DNA of 63,182 bases, counting the filler, from Reclinomonas americana ATCC 50394 (Eukaryota), in assembly GCA_048213135.1 (NCBI GenBank). It is 20 parts of 20 records of this genome, joined end to end, with 100 filler letters (N's around TTAATTAATTAA, not from the genome) between each part and the next. Parts side by side here need not be neighbours in the genome. Positions count along the whole stretch, not along the records: positions 11,869 to 16,895 come from AFZH01020062.1; positions 16,996 to 22,404 come from AFZH01020065.1; positions 22,505 to 26,170 come from AFZH01020066.1; 17 more parts are not named here. One strand, 5' to 3'. The position numbers were made by a program, and so were the translations under genes. This document shows positions 12,216 to 24,410 of the stretch, piece after piece (position 1 is the stretch's first letter; every line of letters starts with the position of its first letter). A model generated the notes under the pieces. It saw only the letters and a list, made by a program, of their open reading frames with translations. It searched no databases and was not told where the DNA came from.

Positions 12216-15200
12216 CAAATCCTCTGGCAACGCGCTCGTCCCCCGCATCGACCTCCGCGCTGTCACCGCACCGGAGGCCTCACACCGCCGAGTGGCCGCT
12301 GCCGCTGCCGCCATGGCCGGACGTGGATTGCATCTGGATGTTACCGGCGGCGCGTCGAGTGAGCGCGCCAACGGAGATTTCGACGTCAAGGAGAAAAGGG
12401 AGGATGAGGAGGAGGACGAGGAGCTGCCAGTGTCGACGCCCTGGCGTGGCTCTGGCGAGCCAACCCCGAGCGGCAGTCGTGGCTCACCAGCCGTGTCGCG
12501 CCGCTCACCTCGCGTCCATCGCCGGCAGAACAGCATCAGCCTGTACCAACTGCAGCAGGTGGTCACGGAGGCGGCCGAGAAGCGGCAACAGCAACAGGTC
12601 AGCGGCGACTCGGACGAGGTCGATCATCCAGTCGACGACGCCGCCGACGTGAAGAATGTCGCGGACATGGCGCAGTTGCGGTTGTTTGCGCAAGGAGAGG
12701 GAACCGAGTGCGTTATCTCACTGGGTGCTTGTGTGAATAGAGTGGTGCACCAGGCGGTCAGCAACGCGGCCGTCGACTGGGCGCAGAAAAATCGCGCCGG
12801 AAAACTTCGTGCAGGTATGCAGCGTCCTCATTGTAGTTGAACAATCCAATCGGTTCCTGACAATTTCCTTGTTGCAGCACGTCGTCGCGAGTCACTGTGC
12901 GTCCTTGTTGACGATTGTTGCACCAGTTGCACCAAACTCATTCTCACATTTGCACTGCAGGTTTGTCAACACTGACGCCGAGACTGAAGCCTCTCCCGAT
13001 TTGAATGATCGTTGCGTGATAGTTGCGCGAGTTTTTCCATTGCAATCTCGTTACTCACTCTTCGTAATTTTGCTTGCGCTTCACAGCCGTCGTATTGTTT
13101 CGTGATACTGAGAAACCCGCTTCTTGCTGCCTCGCCTGCTCACCCTTTATCGCAGTGGCCGCGCCTTGTCAATTGCATCGATGCATGCAAGTGCGTAGTT
13201 AATTTTCCCTCTCGCTCGTCCGACTGTCGGCTCAAAAATCCGCGCACAGATGCCTCGAGCGACGAGTCGCCGGACGAAGAGTCACCACGCGACATGGATA
13301 GCACCGCTGAAACGCCGCGTGCACGTGGCGCCGACACTCCGAGTTCAGCAAAGTTGCGTGTGTGCACAATGCTACGTTGCTCTCCTCCGCCACTCACGGC
13401 AAGCGCACATCGTTAGGTTCTGGAAGCGCAACACTGATTTCGGTTCGTTCCGTGGCTCACACGGAAACCGACGACCGCTGCCGTTCCCCCGACACAATCG
13501 AACCGCGTCGTTTGATGTGCAGGCCATGGGAGTTGCTGGTGAGTGGAAAGGGAGAAGAGAGGGAGAGGGAGAGGGAGAGGGAGAGGGAGAGAGAGAGGGA
13601 GAGGGAAAGGGAGAGGGAGAGGGAGAGTAGGTGAAGAAAAACGGGAGGCTGAGTGTGTTTGTGTGTAAGTGAGAGAGAAAGAGAGAAAGAAGCTGGGTGC
13701 AGGTGGTAGTGCAGGAAGGAGTATAATGGTGTCAGAAGTGTGTGATGTACGCGACGAGAGAATCGGATGAGAAGAGATGATGCGCGAGAGGTGACAGGAA
13801 GGCTTGCTAGATCAAGAAGCTTCGAGAAGAATAGGGGAGGAGGAGTATATTTGCGGAAGATGAGAAGAGGCGAGGCTTGTCTTTCCTGCTGTAATGTCTC
13901 ACGTGCGGTTGTACCATCGCTACGTTTGGCGTTCTTAACGTTGTTCCTGCTCTTCTGTCGTTCTCTTTCTCTCTGTCTCTATTCCTCCGGTGGTACAAGG
14001 TGACTGTTACTGTGTGATAGCAAGAAAGAGAAACAGACCGAGTCTTTGTCACTGTCGAAACACTTGTGTCGGGGTGGCTACCGCACCAGTATAAACACAT
14101 ATGCAGTGAGATAGCGGGTGCACAGCGCAGAACTCGTGCTCTATGATGCAATATCAGTCATTTGTCGTGCACCATCAATCTTTCACAGTTGTGCATCTCT
14201 GATTGGGCGTTTACTCTCTGTTTCTTCATTCGTTCGTTTCATTCTCTGCATTCCTTCCTCGTCCCTTCTTCTTTCTGTGTCTTCACTCTCCACTCCTTCA
14301 CCCATCTCGAATGCCAACGCTTGTCCCTCCTCCTCCTCTTCACCGACTCCAGCAATCCGTTGCACTTGATCGTCGGTTTGCAATACACTCTCTTCTCTTC
14401 CTTTCATTTACTTTCTCTCTGCATTCCTTCCTCGTCCCTTCATCGTTCTGTGTCTTCACTCTCCACTCGTTCACCCATCTGCTTGTTCGTTTCGAACACC
14501 GCCCCTTCCCTCCCCTCCTCCTCTTCTCCATCTCCTGCATTTTCCCCCTTCACTTTCGTCGCCACACATCTCTATCTCCACCCTTCACCTTTGCCTCCCC
14601 CTTCATCCTCCTTCAGCCTCCTTCATCCTTCCCCTTTATCCTTCCCTTTTGCCCACCTTCAGATCCCTCCCCATTTTCCCTTCGCCCTTCTCCTTCACCC
14701 TTCCCCCTTCATCTTTCCTCTTTATCCTTCCCTTCATCATCCCCTTTCATCCTTCCGCTTCCCCCCTCCCCCTTCATCCTTCTCCTTCATATCCCTTCTC
14801 CCTCTCATCCCTTCTCCCTCAGAATCTCCCCTGTTCGGCTCCACCCCCGGCGACGGCGACGACGGCGATGGCGACGACCTCGGACGCACGCCTCCCCAAG
14901 TCCGCACCAATCCTGCGGCCCCCAACGCACCCGTCGTCCTCGGCCCCGGCGTATTCAGCACCGTGGCCGACCGGCGCGGCTCCATGTCACCCGCCACAAT
15001 GGCCACGGTGAATTCACACGTGCCGCTGGACGAGGTGGTGATGGGCCGCGAACCTTCGCCGATTCCACCGCCGGCCTCCGGCATCAAGCGGCACCTGGCC
15101 ATGATGCACAAGCGTGCTTCGTCGCTGGCCGTGTTGCCGGATGCCGCTGGTCTGGTGACGACAGCCGCAGCCACTGTGGCCGTGGCTTCGATCGCCGCCG

Positions 15201-16479
15201 CCGCCAGTGGTGACGACAGTCCACCGTCGGTGCTACGACGCCGCAGTTCGCTGGCGATGCTGGTGCATCACGTGATTGGCTCGGCGGCGGCGGCCGACGC
15301 CCCAGCCCCCCCGCTGTCCCCGCCTGCCGTCGGCGGCGCCGGGGGCTCTTTTCCGCGATCTCGTGGCAACAGCATCAACAACAATAACAGCAGCAGCGCA
15401 GGTCGACTTGCTTCGCCACCGCCAGCACCTCCACCGCTGTCGAAAAACACCGCCGATCTCGCCTCTTCGTCCTTGTCGGCGCGACAAATGGCCATGGTGA
15501 TGGGCAACGATCCGGTCGAGTCCAACTCGCTGGCCATTCACCGCACCACCAGCGACTCGACGGTGCTGCAGCCGACTGACGGCGCCGTATCGCTGCCGGT
15601 CACGGCACAGTCGCAGCCGGCACTCACGCGACTGCGGTCGACCGCGTCGATGGGCGCCGCCGCCATGCAAGAGTTCCTCGCCGCCGCCGCCGCGGGTCGT
15701 TCAGGCGGCGCAGGTGGAGGCGTCACGTCACCGGCATCACCACCACCTGCGGCGCCCGGTGGACTGCGCCGCTCGTCGACGCTCCTCACCTCCAAATGGG
15801 AGCACACGATTCTGCAAGAGGCCGTCGGCATGGCGACACCGCAGCTTCCCTCGGTGGGGGCAGCGTTGCCAACGGCCGGCCTCTTTGGCAGCACAGACCC
15901 GAGCGATTTGCGTGCTCTCTTGACTGGTGAAGCGGTGTTGTCGTCGGCGTCGGCGGCTGGCAACCGGCCCACGCCTCGCATCGACGACGCCCTGGTGCAC
16001 AAGCACTTTTTGCAGCAAATCACGCATCCCGACTTCCGCAAGCTCGTCAACGGCATGCCGTGGCCGATTCTGGGTGAGGATGACGATGGTGCGGGTCGTG
16101 GTGCCTCCAAGAAGCGCAATAGGAAGAAGATGGGAGGCTCTCGTACTCCGCGCGCTCCGCGTGAGTCGCTGCTGGAGTCGGCGGTGGCGCCGGCGCGCAT
16201 GCGACCGACGCCGGACTGGAAGAGCGAGCAGCGTGCGCGCTCACTGCATCGGCACATTGAGAATCATGTGGTGCGCAAGTCAGCGCGCTTTGACGTGCCG
16301 TCGCAGGAGGGGAAGGAGGAGGAGGGGGAAGGAGAGAAGAGTGTGGAGGAGGGTGAGGAGAAGAAGAAGGGGGAGAAGACTGATGAGGAGGAGGAAGATG
16401 ATGATGAGGTGCTGTCGAGTGCGCTGGCGAGGAAGTTGGCGGCGAGGCCGCCGACACCGCCGGGGATGAAGGGGAGGAG
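12216..16479 (+). CDS. Low-complexity spliced exons, probably the middle of the same large gene
   Basis: GC-rich coding blocks at about 12216-12815, 13155-13540 and 14823-16479. The last ends in AG|GTGAGA, a donor rather than a true stop. Confidence 0.5.
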
Positions 16480-16995
16480 GTGAGAGGGGGAAAAATAAAT
16501 TGTAATAATTAATGGATTTGTGGGACTGTATAACAATCCTAGATTTAATTCTCCATCGTGTTTCTCTTTCTTCTCTATTGAGCTTCCTGCATGTGTGTGT
16601 GCGAGGTGCCTCTGCAACATCTGCGTCTTTCTTTTGATCGAGTTTCCGCTGTGTTGTATGTGTTAAGGGGAAGGGTTAATGCGTAAGAGTGAGACGGGTA
16701 GTTTGCGCTATGTGGTGGGAGAGTCTGTGTTATGACTTGTGACAACTTGGCGATATTTCTTTTTTGTATTTCGCTATTTCTTGCCTTTGCTGTGCCACTT
16801 CGTTTGTTGGCGCTTGTCTGCTGTCAAAACAAAACAAAACACTTCATTCACCACATTCCAATAATGCGACAAATGTCCACAAATCCCTTGCCGACNNNNN
16901 NNNNNNNNNNNNNNNNNNNNNNNNNNNNNNNNNNNNNNNTTAATTAATTAANNNNNNNNNNNNNNNNNNNNNNNNNNNNNNNNNNNNNNNNNNNN

Positions 16996-18589
16996 CGTGC
17001 GCTGCAAATGATTCGCGAGCACGAGGTCGCCATGCAGGCCAGCGGGGTGGGGTTGCTCCCGATACCGCCACCGTCGCCGCAGGAGCAGGAACAGGAGGAG
17101 AAGGGCAACGGCGACGCGGACAGCGGGCGTGGTGTGTCGCCACCCGAGCCGGGCACAGTCGCCAGCAGCAGTTCGTCGTCGGCGGTCACCGCCAAGCGGC
17201 TCATTCGCGTGCTGGTGCCGCTCCCGCCGCTGCAGGTGGGCGGAGGAGGGGCGAGTGGGAGTGGGGAGCGCGTGAGTCCGGGTCTGTCGCCGACGTCGCG
17301 TGCCGCCGATGTGAAGCAGCGGTTGATGAGTTTGTGTCGGCATAATCGAGTGGCGGAGATTCGGTGAGGGGGGTGAAGGGGAGAGGGGGAAGGGGAAATA
17401 GGGAAGGGAGAGGAGGGGAAGGGAGGGGTGAAAGGCGAAGGGAAGGGGAGAAAAGGAAGGCAGGGTCTCATGGTAATTGTCTCTGTCGTAGCTCTCTCCT
17501 CCGCCAGCAATCGGAGGGCGACTGGCCTGCGCAGATGGCGCCACTGGTGGAGGTCCGCGACGGGCATGGTAATACGCCGCTGTTGGTGGCTGCGCAGAAT
17601 GGACACGTGCAGCTCATGAAGCTGCTGGTGGAGAATGGCGCGGATGCGCGTGCCAAGAATGTTGCGTGGGAGGGCGGGAGGGGGGAAGGGAGGAAGGACA
17701 AGGTGGCCTCTTGTTTCGCCAAGTCTGTCACTTTGTCGCGCACCATTCTGTATGCTTTTCTCCGTCGGTCTCTCTGCGGTACTTACTTTTTCAGGCACCG
17801 GCGCTGCGTGCCTCTTGTACTTCTCGCATTCATTGTCTCCCTTGCCAGGCTTCGCATGTGGAACTCGTTTTCCTTCGGTTCTTTCACATCTTGGCGATGC
17901 ACCGCGGAAACAGGAAATGGGTGCTCTCTCTCTCTCTCTCTTTCTCTATCTCTATCTCTCTTTCTCTTTCCCTCTCCGGTGCATTTCTCTTTGTGTCTTG
18001 CACCGCTTTCTTCCCTTCGGTTGCCTTCCATCCATCGCTGTGTTTCCGCGCTTCTTGTCTCTCTCTGTCTCACTCGCTCTCTTTGCTTGTCTCCTTCTTT
18101 GCAAGCTTGTTTTTACTTAGAGTTCCAGCGTAAAGTTTCCACACGCTACGCGCACTGAGCGCATCACATCCAGCATGTGCTTCTTCCGTCCGCGCTTCGC
18201 TCTCTCGCACTTCAGTTTTTGTTGCTTCCCTTGTCGTTCGTCTCCCTTGCATTTTCCATCCTCCTTCTCCTTTTTCCCCTTCTCTCCCTTCCCCTCTCTT
18301 CTCTTTCCATCCCTTCCTCACACACTCTTTCCCTGCGCCACAGAATCACGACATGAGCGCACTCTCCTTCGCCCTCAAGTTCAACAACCTGGCCTGCCGC
18401 GAGTACCTCGAGCAGGTGCTGGATGAGTCGCATGGCACCGGCGCTGCTGCGACTGCTGCTGCGGCACGCAACGACGGCAAAGGCAAGTTGCCGATGACGG
18501 CGAGCGAGGGCGAGGCGGCAGATGAGGACACGGATCTGGTAATTACACCCGTGACGACGGCCACGGATCGGAGTGAGGCGGAAATGTAG
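16996..18589 (+). CDS. Ankyrin-repeat C-terminus (spliced)
   Basis: Exons 16996-17363, 17492-17660 (RDGHGNTPLLVAAQNGHVQLMKLLVENGAD) and 18344-18589 (NHDMSALSFALKFNNLACREYL..TAG) join in frame. Confidence 0.8.
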
Positions 18590-19088
18590 GTTCCACACAG
18601 GCGGTGTTTTTTTGAGTGCTGGGGAGGGGGCATCTCTTCATTTCTGACAAATTAGCCCACTTTGGCGCTCGGAATCGAATTAGGGCAGTGAGGAGGTACA
18701 GCACGGAAGAGATCGGCTCAAGAGCGGCAAACGGCCTGCTCTCTCGCAATCGCGCCTTGTCTCCCACTCTTCTCTCTCTCTGTGCCGATCTCTCGTACAG
18801 CCGGTAGCCACACGGATATCCACAACTTCATTACAGCACTCGCAGCTTGCTCATCTTGTTTGGCTTGTTCCGCACAACATCAGTTCACAATAACAAACAA
18901 GCACCAAATCAAAAACATTCACATGAACAGATATAGTGAGTGCTGTGCTCGAAAATCTCTCTGCTGCACAAGCATACATTGTGGATTGCCAGAGACGATG
19001 CAGAGTCAGCAGATCGCTGCTGCTCGAGAGTGGCCGTCGAGTGCTCCAGGTCGCGTTGAAGTTGAGAGACCCATTCCTCGATAGCTGC

Positions 19089-20545
19089 TCAATCGCGTTC
19101 CACGCGTGCCACTAGTGCCACAGCCGCCGCCCTTGCTTGCTCCGCTGTTCGTGAAATGCGCTGCTCTTCGGCCAGCGCTTGCCCGGCATGCGGCCTGGCT
19201 TGCTCCGCGACGCGCGAGTTGCGATCCACGCGATCCATCGCAGCCGCCCTAGCTTGCTCCGAAGTGCATGAAATGTGCTGCTCTTCGGCCGGCACTTGCT
19301 CGGCATGCGCTCTGCCTTACTCCGCGGCGCGCGAGTTGTGATCCAGCTGTGCCACTCGTTCATCAGCGCGTGCAATATGATGCTCTTCTGCCAACGCTTG
19401 CTCCAATGGTGCTGCTCGATCTACTGCCCTGGCATGTTCTGACTCCGCATCCCGCTGCCCCGTCGCTGATGCTTGTTCCTGAAGTGCCAGTCGCTCCTCC
19501 ACAACAGCTCTGGCACGTTCCAGCTGCGCTACACGCTCCTCAGCAGCGCGTGAGATGCGCCGCTCCTCAGCCAGTGCCTGCTCCGCTTGCGCAGCTCGCT
19601 CCGCCGCAAGCACTGTGTCTCGTTGCAGAAGGACCGCATTCTCCTCCAGCTGAACCACGCGCTGGCGGAGCCGCGCCACAGTGCTTTCGTGCTGTCGGCG
19701 CTGTCGATTCCACTCTTGCTGCTGCAATTCCCGCTCTCGTTTCGCTGCGTCGAGCTCGCGTTGGAGCCGAGCGGCATCGGCATCGGCAGCAGCAGCCTGT
19801 ACGTATCACTTGTGAGACGAGCGATGGAGAAAGAAGGTTACCAACAGGGAGGAGATCTCACCCGCTGCATTGCGTCGGCTGCTGTGCGTCGGGCAAATAA
19901 GTCCACGAGTCAGCACGAACTCAGCACTGAAAGACAAAGCGACGCGCACCTGGAGGCGAGGAAGCAGGAGGTGGTCGCAGTGGCTGTGCAGGCTGCGCGG
20001 CGAGCCGATCGAGCAACTCGGCCACTTGCTCCTTGCGTCCGTCGCGCGCCATCTTCGCCGCGGTCTTGCCCTCCTTGTTGACCATCGGAATGAGGTCGGG
20101 GTAACGAGTGGCGAGGAGTCGCGCGATAGCCTCGTGGCCTCCATAGGCCGCCAAGTGCAGCGCAGAGGCCTGGTCTTCTCTCGTGACCGCCAGCACCATC
20201 TTTGGCGGACATCGTCGCTCATCCGCCAGCAGCCACTCCACCACCGACAAGTGCCCGTCGCGGGCCGCCGTCATCAGCGCCGTCTGGCCGTATCCATCGA
20301 CCAACTGTGCGAGCTCTGAGCCCACACCACTCTCCGCCCACAAGTACTCCAGTACCGAGAGGCGGCCGAGACGTGCGGCACTGTGGAATGCCGAGTTGCC
20401 AAGCATGTCCATCTCGCCTCTTTGCAGCAGAGTCTGAGCGCCCTCACGCGCCACCAGCTCGCGCAGTGCGTCGACTTCGCCACACCTCGCCATCTCGTAA
20501 GCTCTTTTCCTCTGTGGCGGTGGAGGAGGTGGGGGAGGAGGATCA
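19089..20545 (-). CDS. Ankyrin plus coiled-coil module (copy 1); premature stops in the coiled coil
   Basis: ANK exon 20545-19950 (GNSAFHSAARLG, GQTALMTAARDGH, ASALHLAAYGGH), 20-nt microexon 19881-19862, coiled-coil exon from 19796. TAA at 19317 and TGA at 19089 interrupt a repeat that continues beyond them. Confidence 0.8.
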
Positions 20546-20615
20546 CTGTGCAAGTCCACAGGCACTCAGTATACTTGAAGGACGTGAGTGAACAAGAATG
20601 GAGAGCAATACAAAC

Positions 20616-21520
20616 CCTGCACCGCTGCGCGGCAACTCTGGCTGCCGATGGAGTTGGACGACGGAGGCATCATCCGCAGTCTGCATGTGTGGAAACGAGA
20701 GGTCTGAGTTGGAGAAAGACACAGAGCAGCAACTGCGGCGATTCAGTCTCACCTCCCGCATCGTGTCGGCGGCTTCAGAAAAAAGAGAGTGATGAGGAGA
20801 TGAGCACACAGACAGAAGCATGCAACGCTGGACACACCTGGTGAAGAGGAAACAGACTGAGATGGAGGAGGCAGAACGAGATGGTCCAGCAGCTTGCCCA
20901 CATGCTGCATGCCATACTCGCGAGCCCACTGCGCCGCCGTCTTGCCCTCGTCGTTGACCATCGGAACGAGGTCGGGAAAGCGCGTGGCGAGCAGTTGCAC
21001 AACGGCTTCGTGGCCATTCCGCGCCGCCCAATGCAACGCCGTGCGCTGCTCAACAGTGACCCCCCGTGCTTGTTCCACCGGGCATCGTCGCTCATCGGCC
21101 AGCAGCCACTCGACCACTGGCAAATGGCCGCGCAAGGCAGCAATCATGAGCGGGGTCACGCCACTGGTGGTGACCAGCTGTGAGAGTTGTGCTCCGGCAC
21201 CACTGCTCTCCTCCTCCCACAGGTACTCCATTGTGGAGAGGTGGCCATTGCGAGCGGCCCACTGATATGCTGACTGATTGTACTCGTCCATTTCTTCGCG
21301 TTGGAGTAGAGCGTGGGCGCCCTCGCGTGTGACGAGTTCGCGCAGGGCTTTTGTGTCGCCATCTCTTCCCATTTCCCAGGCTTTCTTCCTGGGAGGGAGG
21401 AGGGGGAAGGAAAAGGAGAAGTGAGGCAGTGGAAAGGTGAGGGAGCGCGCAGTTGTCAAGAGTAAAAAAAAAAAACCTGGTGTTGGCATTGCCTGTGGCG
21501 CCACTTTGAGCGGCGCCCAT
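20616..21520 (-). CDS. Ankyrin module (copy 2) with an MGAAQS N-terminus
   Basis: Exon 1 from 21520 (MGAAQSGATGNANTR), ANK exon 21388-20838, microexon 20772-20753 and short exon 20680-20616, which can splice in frame to copy 1. Confidence 0.75.
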
Positions 21521-21905
21521 TGTGTGTTATTGGAATGTGGTGAATGAAGTGTTTTTCTTCCGTGAGAGAGAGAGAGAGACAGACGGAGAGAAACCGCAAC
21601 AGGACAACTATTCTCCACTGATTTACTTTTCGTGTGTCGGTCCTCGCTGCATATCATCGTGCATTGCTGCACCTTCTGCACTCGGTGCACGTCGAGAGAT
21701 GATGGGCCCGGGCACATGCACGTCGGACAGCTGAACGTCATCGCCAACGTGGTTGTTACACACGAGATGAGGTGGATAAGAAGAAGCGGCACACACTGTG
21801 AGTGAGTGAGTGCCGTGTTCTGCCTCAGCTTCAACCGATCCACTGCTGTGCCTGGCTGCACACAGAAGCGGGCCAGTTGTTGCACAGTCGCAGCTCCGAG
21901 CAGCC

Positions 21906-24320
21906 TCACTGGAGCTCCAGCGTGAAATCACCCAGCTTCTCTCGCAGCTCGCACATCACGGCCTTGGCTTCCTCTGCTGTTGGTCGATCAAAGAACAAAG
22001 ACATGCATCTGCAGGCACAGATAAGTGCCGCACGCAAACACACACTCCCACCTTCCCCCAAATGGCAACACAACTGCACCCCCAGCTTCAACATGCCACG
22101 CGCCACATCCTCCCGCCACTCGCCTGCCGTGCGGTCGACCTCACTCATCGCGTCCACCGCGTCTAGCGACCGCTCCCACCGACGAGCCTGGTCCACCAGC
22201 AGACGTGCTTCACGACCCGTCAGCAGCTGCAGGAGGATCAAGCCGAGGGCGTACATGTCCATTGGGAGACAGATCTTGCACGTTTGCAAGAAGAGCGGGT
22301 CGACGTAGAATGGCGAGCCGGAGCGTGTCATCGTGTGGCGGTGTGTCTGTATACGGGGAAAGAGTGAGCTGAGCAAGTTGCAGAGAGAACGAGGGAGACA
22401 AGGGNNNNNNNNNNNNNNNNNNNNNNNNNNNNNNNNNNNNNNNNNNNNTTAATTAATTAANNNNNNNNNNNNNNNNNNNNNNNNNNNNNNNNNNNNNNNN
22501 NNNNTTTCATCATTCTGCACTGCCAGCTGCAGGCCTTTGCGTTCCCTCCTCACACAATAGCACTCGTAGACACCTGAATTCACGCTTGCTCTCTCTCTCT
22601 CTCTCTCTGCCACTGCCTCCCATCTTTTCCCTGCCACCTTCATTGATCCTCTGGCCCACCTCCACTCACCGCATGGCTCGATACACCAAACACCTCTCCC
22701 TCGTACCGTCGTCCGCAAGCGTCGCGTATCCAAGCAGAGGAACAAGCCGGCGATGATACAGACGCCCAATAGTGTTCATCTGCATCACCAATGAGTGAGC
22801 ACACTCCAAAGGTCACTTCCCTTCCACTCTTTGCAAACCTCGGCATCATACGACTCCATCGCCCACGGCGCGGTGCTGTCGATCCGTTTGATGGCCACAT
22901 CCTCACCGTCCAGCAGACAGAGATACACCTCGCCTTGACCACCCTCACCGGCCTTGTAGCGCCGGTGGAAGGATTCGGTGGCGGAGACCACGTCGGCCCA
23001 GCCGTACTTGCGCAGGCGGCCGGGATGGGATGCTGGGAAAGGAACAGGGTGAGAAGCGGCGGCCGATGTGTGCAACAAACTCCCTGCTTCGCAAGCACAC
23101 CTTGCAGGTTGCTCAACTCGCGCCGGAGACGATCGACCTGGCGGGCCAAGTCGGCGGATCGCTGCTGCTCGGTGGCAAGCGACTGCTCGAGGGCGGCGCA
23201 CCGCTCGTCAGTCCCACGCTCCAGCTGCGCCACCCGTTCCACTGCCACCGCCCTGGCTTGTACCATCTCGGTCAGCGCTTGCGCCAGCTGCGCCTCCCGC
23301 TCTCCCGCGAGCATGTTGTCTCGCTGCAGCTCGAACACACGCTGACGATGCTGCGTCGCGATGACGTCGTGCTCCCGGCGCTGCGTTTCGAGTTGCCGCT
23401 CAAGTTCACGCACTTGTTGGTCGTGCTCTCGGCGCTGCTGTTCGAGCTCACGTTGGAGACGAGTGACATCAGCAGCAGACTGCGACGCGACAAGTAAGAT
23501 TCAGCAACGGGGGCAAGCAAGAAGATTCACAGCGAGCCACCTGTTGCGCTGCGACGCCTGCATGTGACAACCGAGTCAGTATGGCAAGATGTGCAGAGCA
23601 GCAAGTCAAACGAAAGCACCTGGCACGAGAGCTGGCCGTGCGGCGAGACTGTCGAGCAGGTCGGCCACTCGCCGCTGACCCTCAGCGCGCGCCCACTGAG
23701 CCGCCGTCTTGCCCTTGGTGTTGACCACGGGAATGAGCTCGGGGAAGCGCGTGGCGAGGAGTCGCACAACCTCCTCGCGGCCCTTCCACGCAGCGAAATG
23801 CAGTGCCGTGCACTCGGCATGCGTGACCGCTCGCACCACCTCCTGCGGGCATCGTCGCTCATCGGCCAGCAGCCATTCCACCACTGCCAGGTGTCCTTGC
23901 AAGGCAGCCTCCATCAGTGGGGTCACACCACCGCGGGCGACCAGTTGTGCGAGTTGTGGGCCCACGCCACTCTCCTCCCACAGGTACTCCAGTGCACGCA
24001 GGTGGCCTCCGAGGGCGGCATATTGATAGGCAGAGCCGCCCTTGTCGCTCATTTCGTCTCTGTGCAGCAGTGTCTGTGCGCCCTCGCTGGTGACCAACTC
24101 GCACAGTGCTTGCACGTCGCCGTTCCATGCTAGTTCGTAGGCTTTCTTTCGAGGTGGTGGTGGTGGGGGTGGGTTGGGAGGAGCTCTGGCGGTGGGGTGC
24201 ATGAGAGGGGAAGAAAGGAGGAGAAGAAGAGGAAGGGGAAGAAGAAGAAGAAGAAGAAGAGGCAGTCAGAGTGCGAGGGGGAGAATGCAGTGCGAACCTG
24301 GCGTTCTGTGCGGCACTCAT
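21906..24320 (-). CDS. Ankyrin/coiled-coil/RLK-Pelle(IRAK)-like protein kinase, spliced across an assembly gap
   Basis: Exons: 24320-24298; 24185-23620 (ANK); 23557-23541 (microexon); 23479-23101 (coiled coil); 23033-22839 (YGWADVVSATESF..GEGGQGEVY..VAIKR); 22779-22670 (GRLYHRRLVPLLGY..CLVY); then after the gap 22346-21906 (GSPFYVDP..DMYALGLILLQLLTG..DRTAGEW..DRP). Confidence 0.8.
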
Positions 24321-24410
24321 TGTGTGTGTGCACACGACGACAACCAAGAGTGAATGAGTCCCGTCACGACAGGACATGGAGACAAAATGCGATCCAAAAT
24401 GCGCAAGGCT

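Noticed and set aside
19089..19319. Non-standard code (TAA=Gln or TGA read-through)
   Set aside because: TAA (FIBP), TAG (18589) and TGA all end other genes normally, so decay is the simpler explanation.
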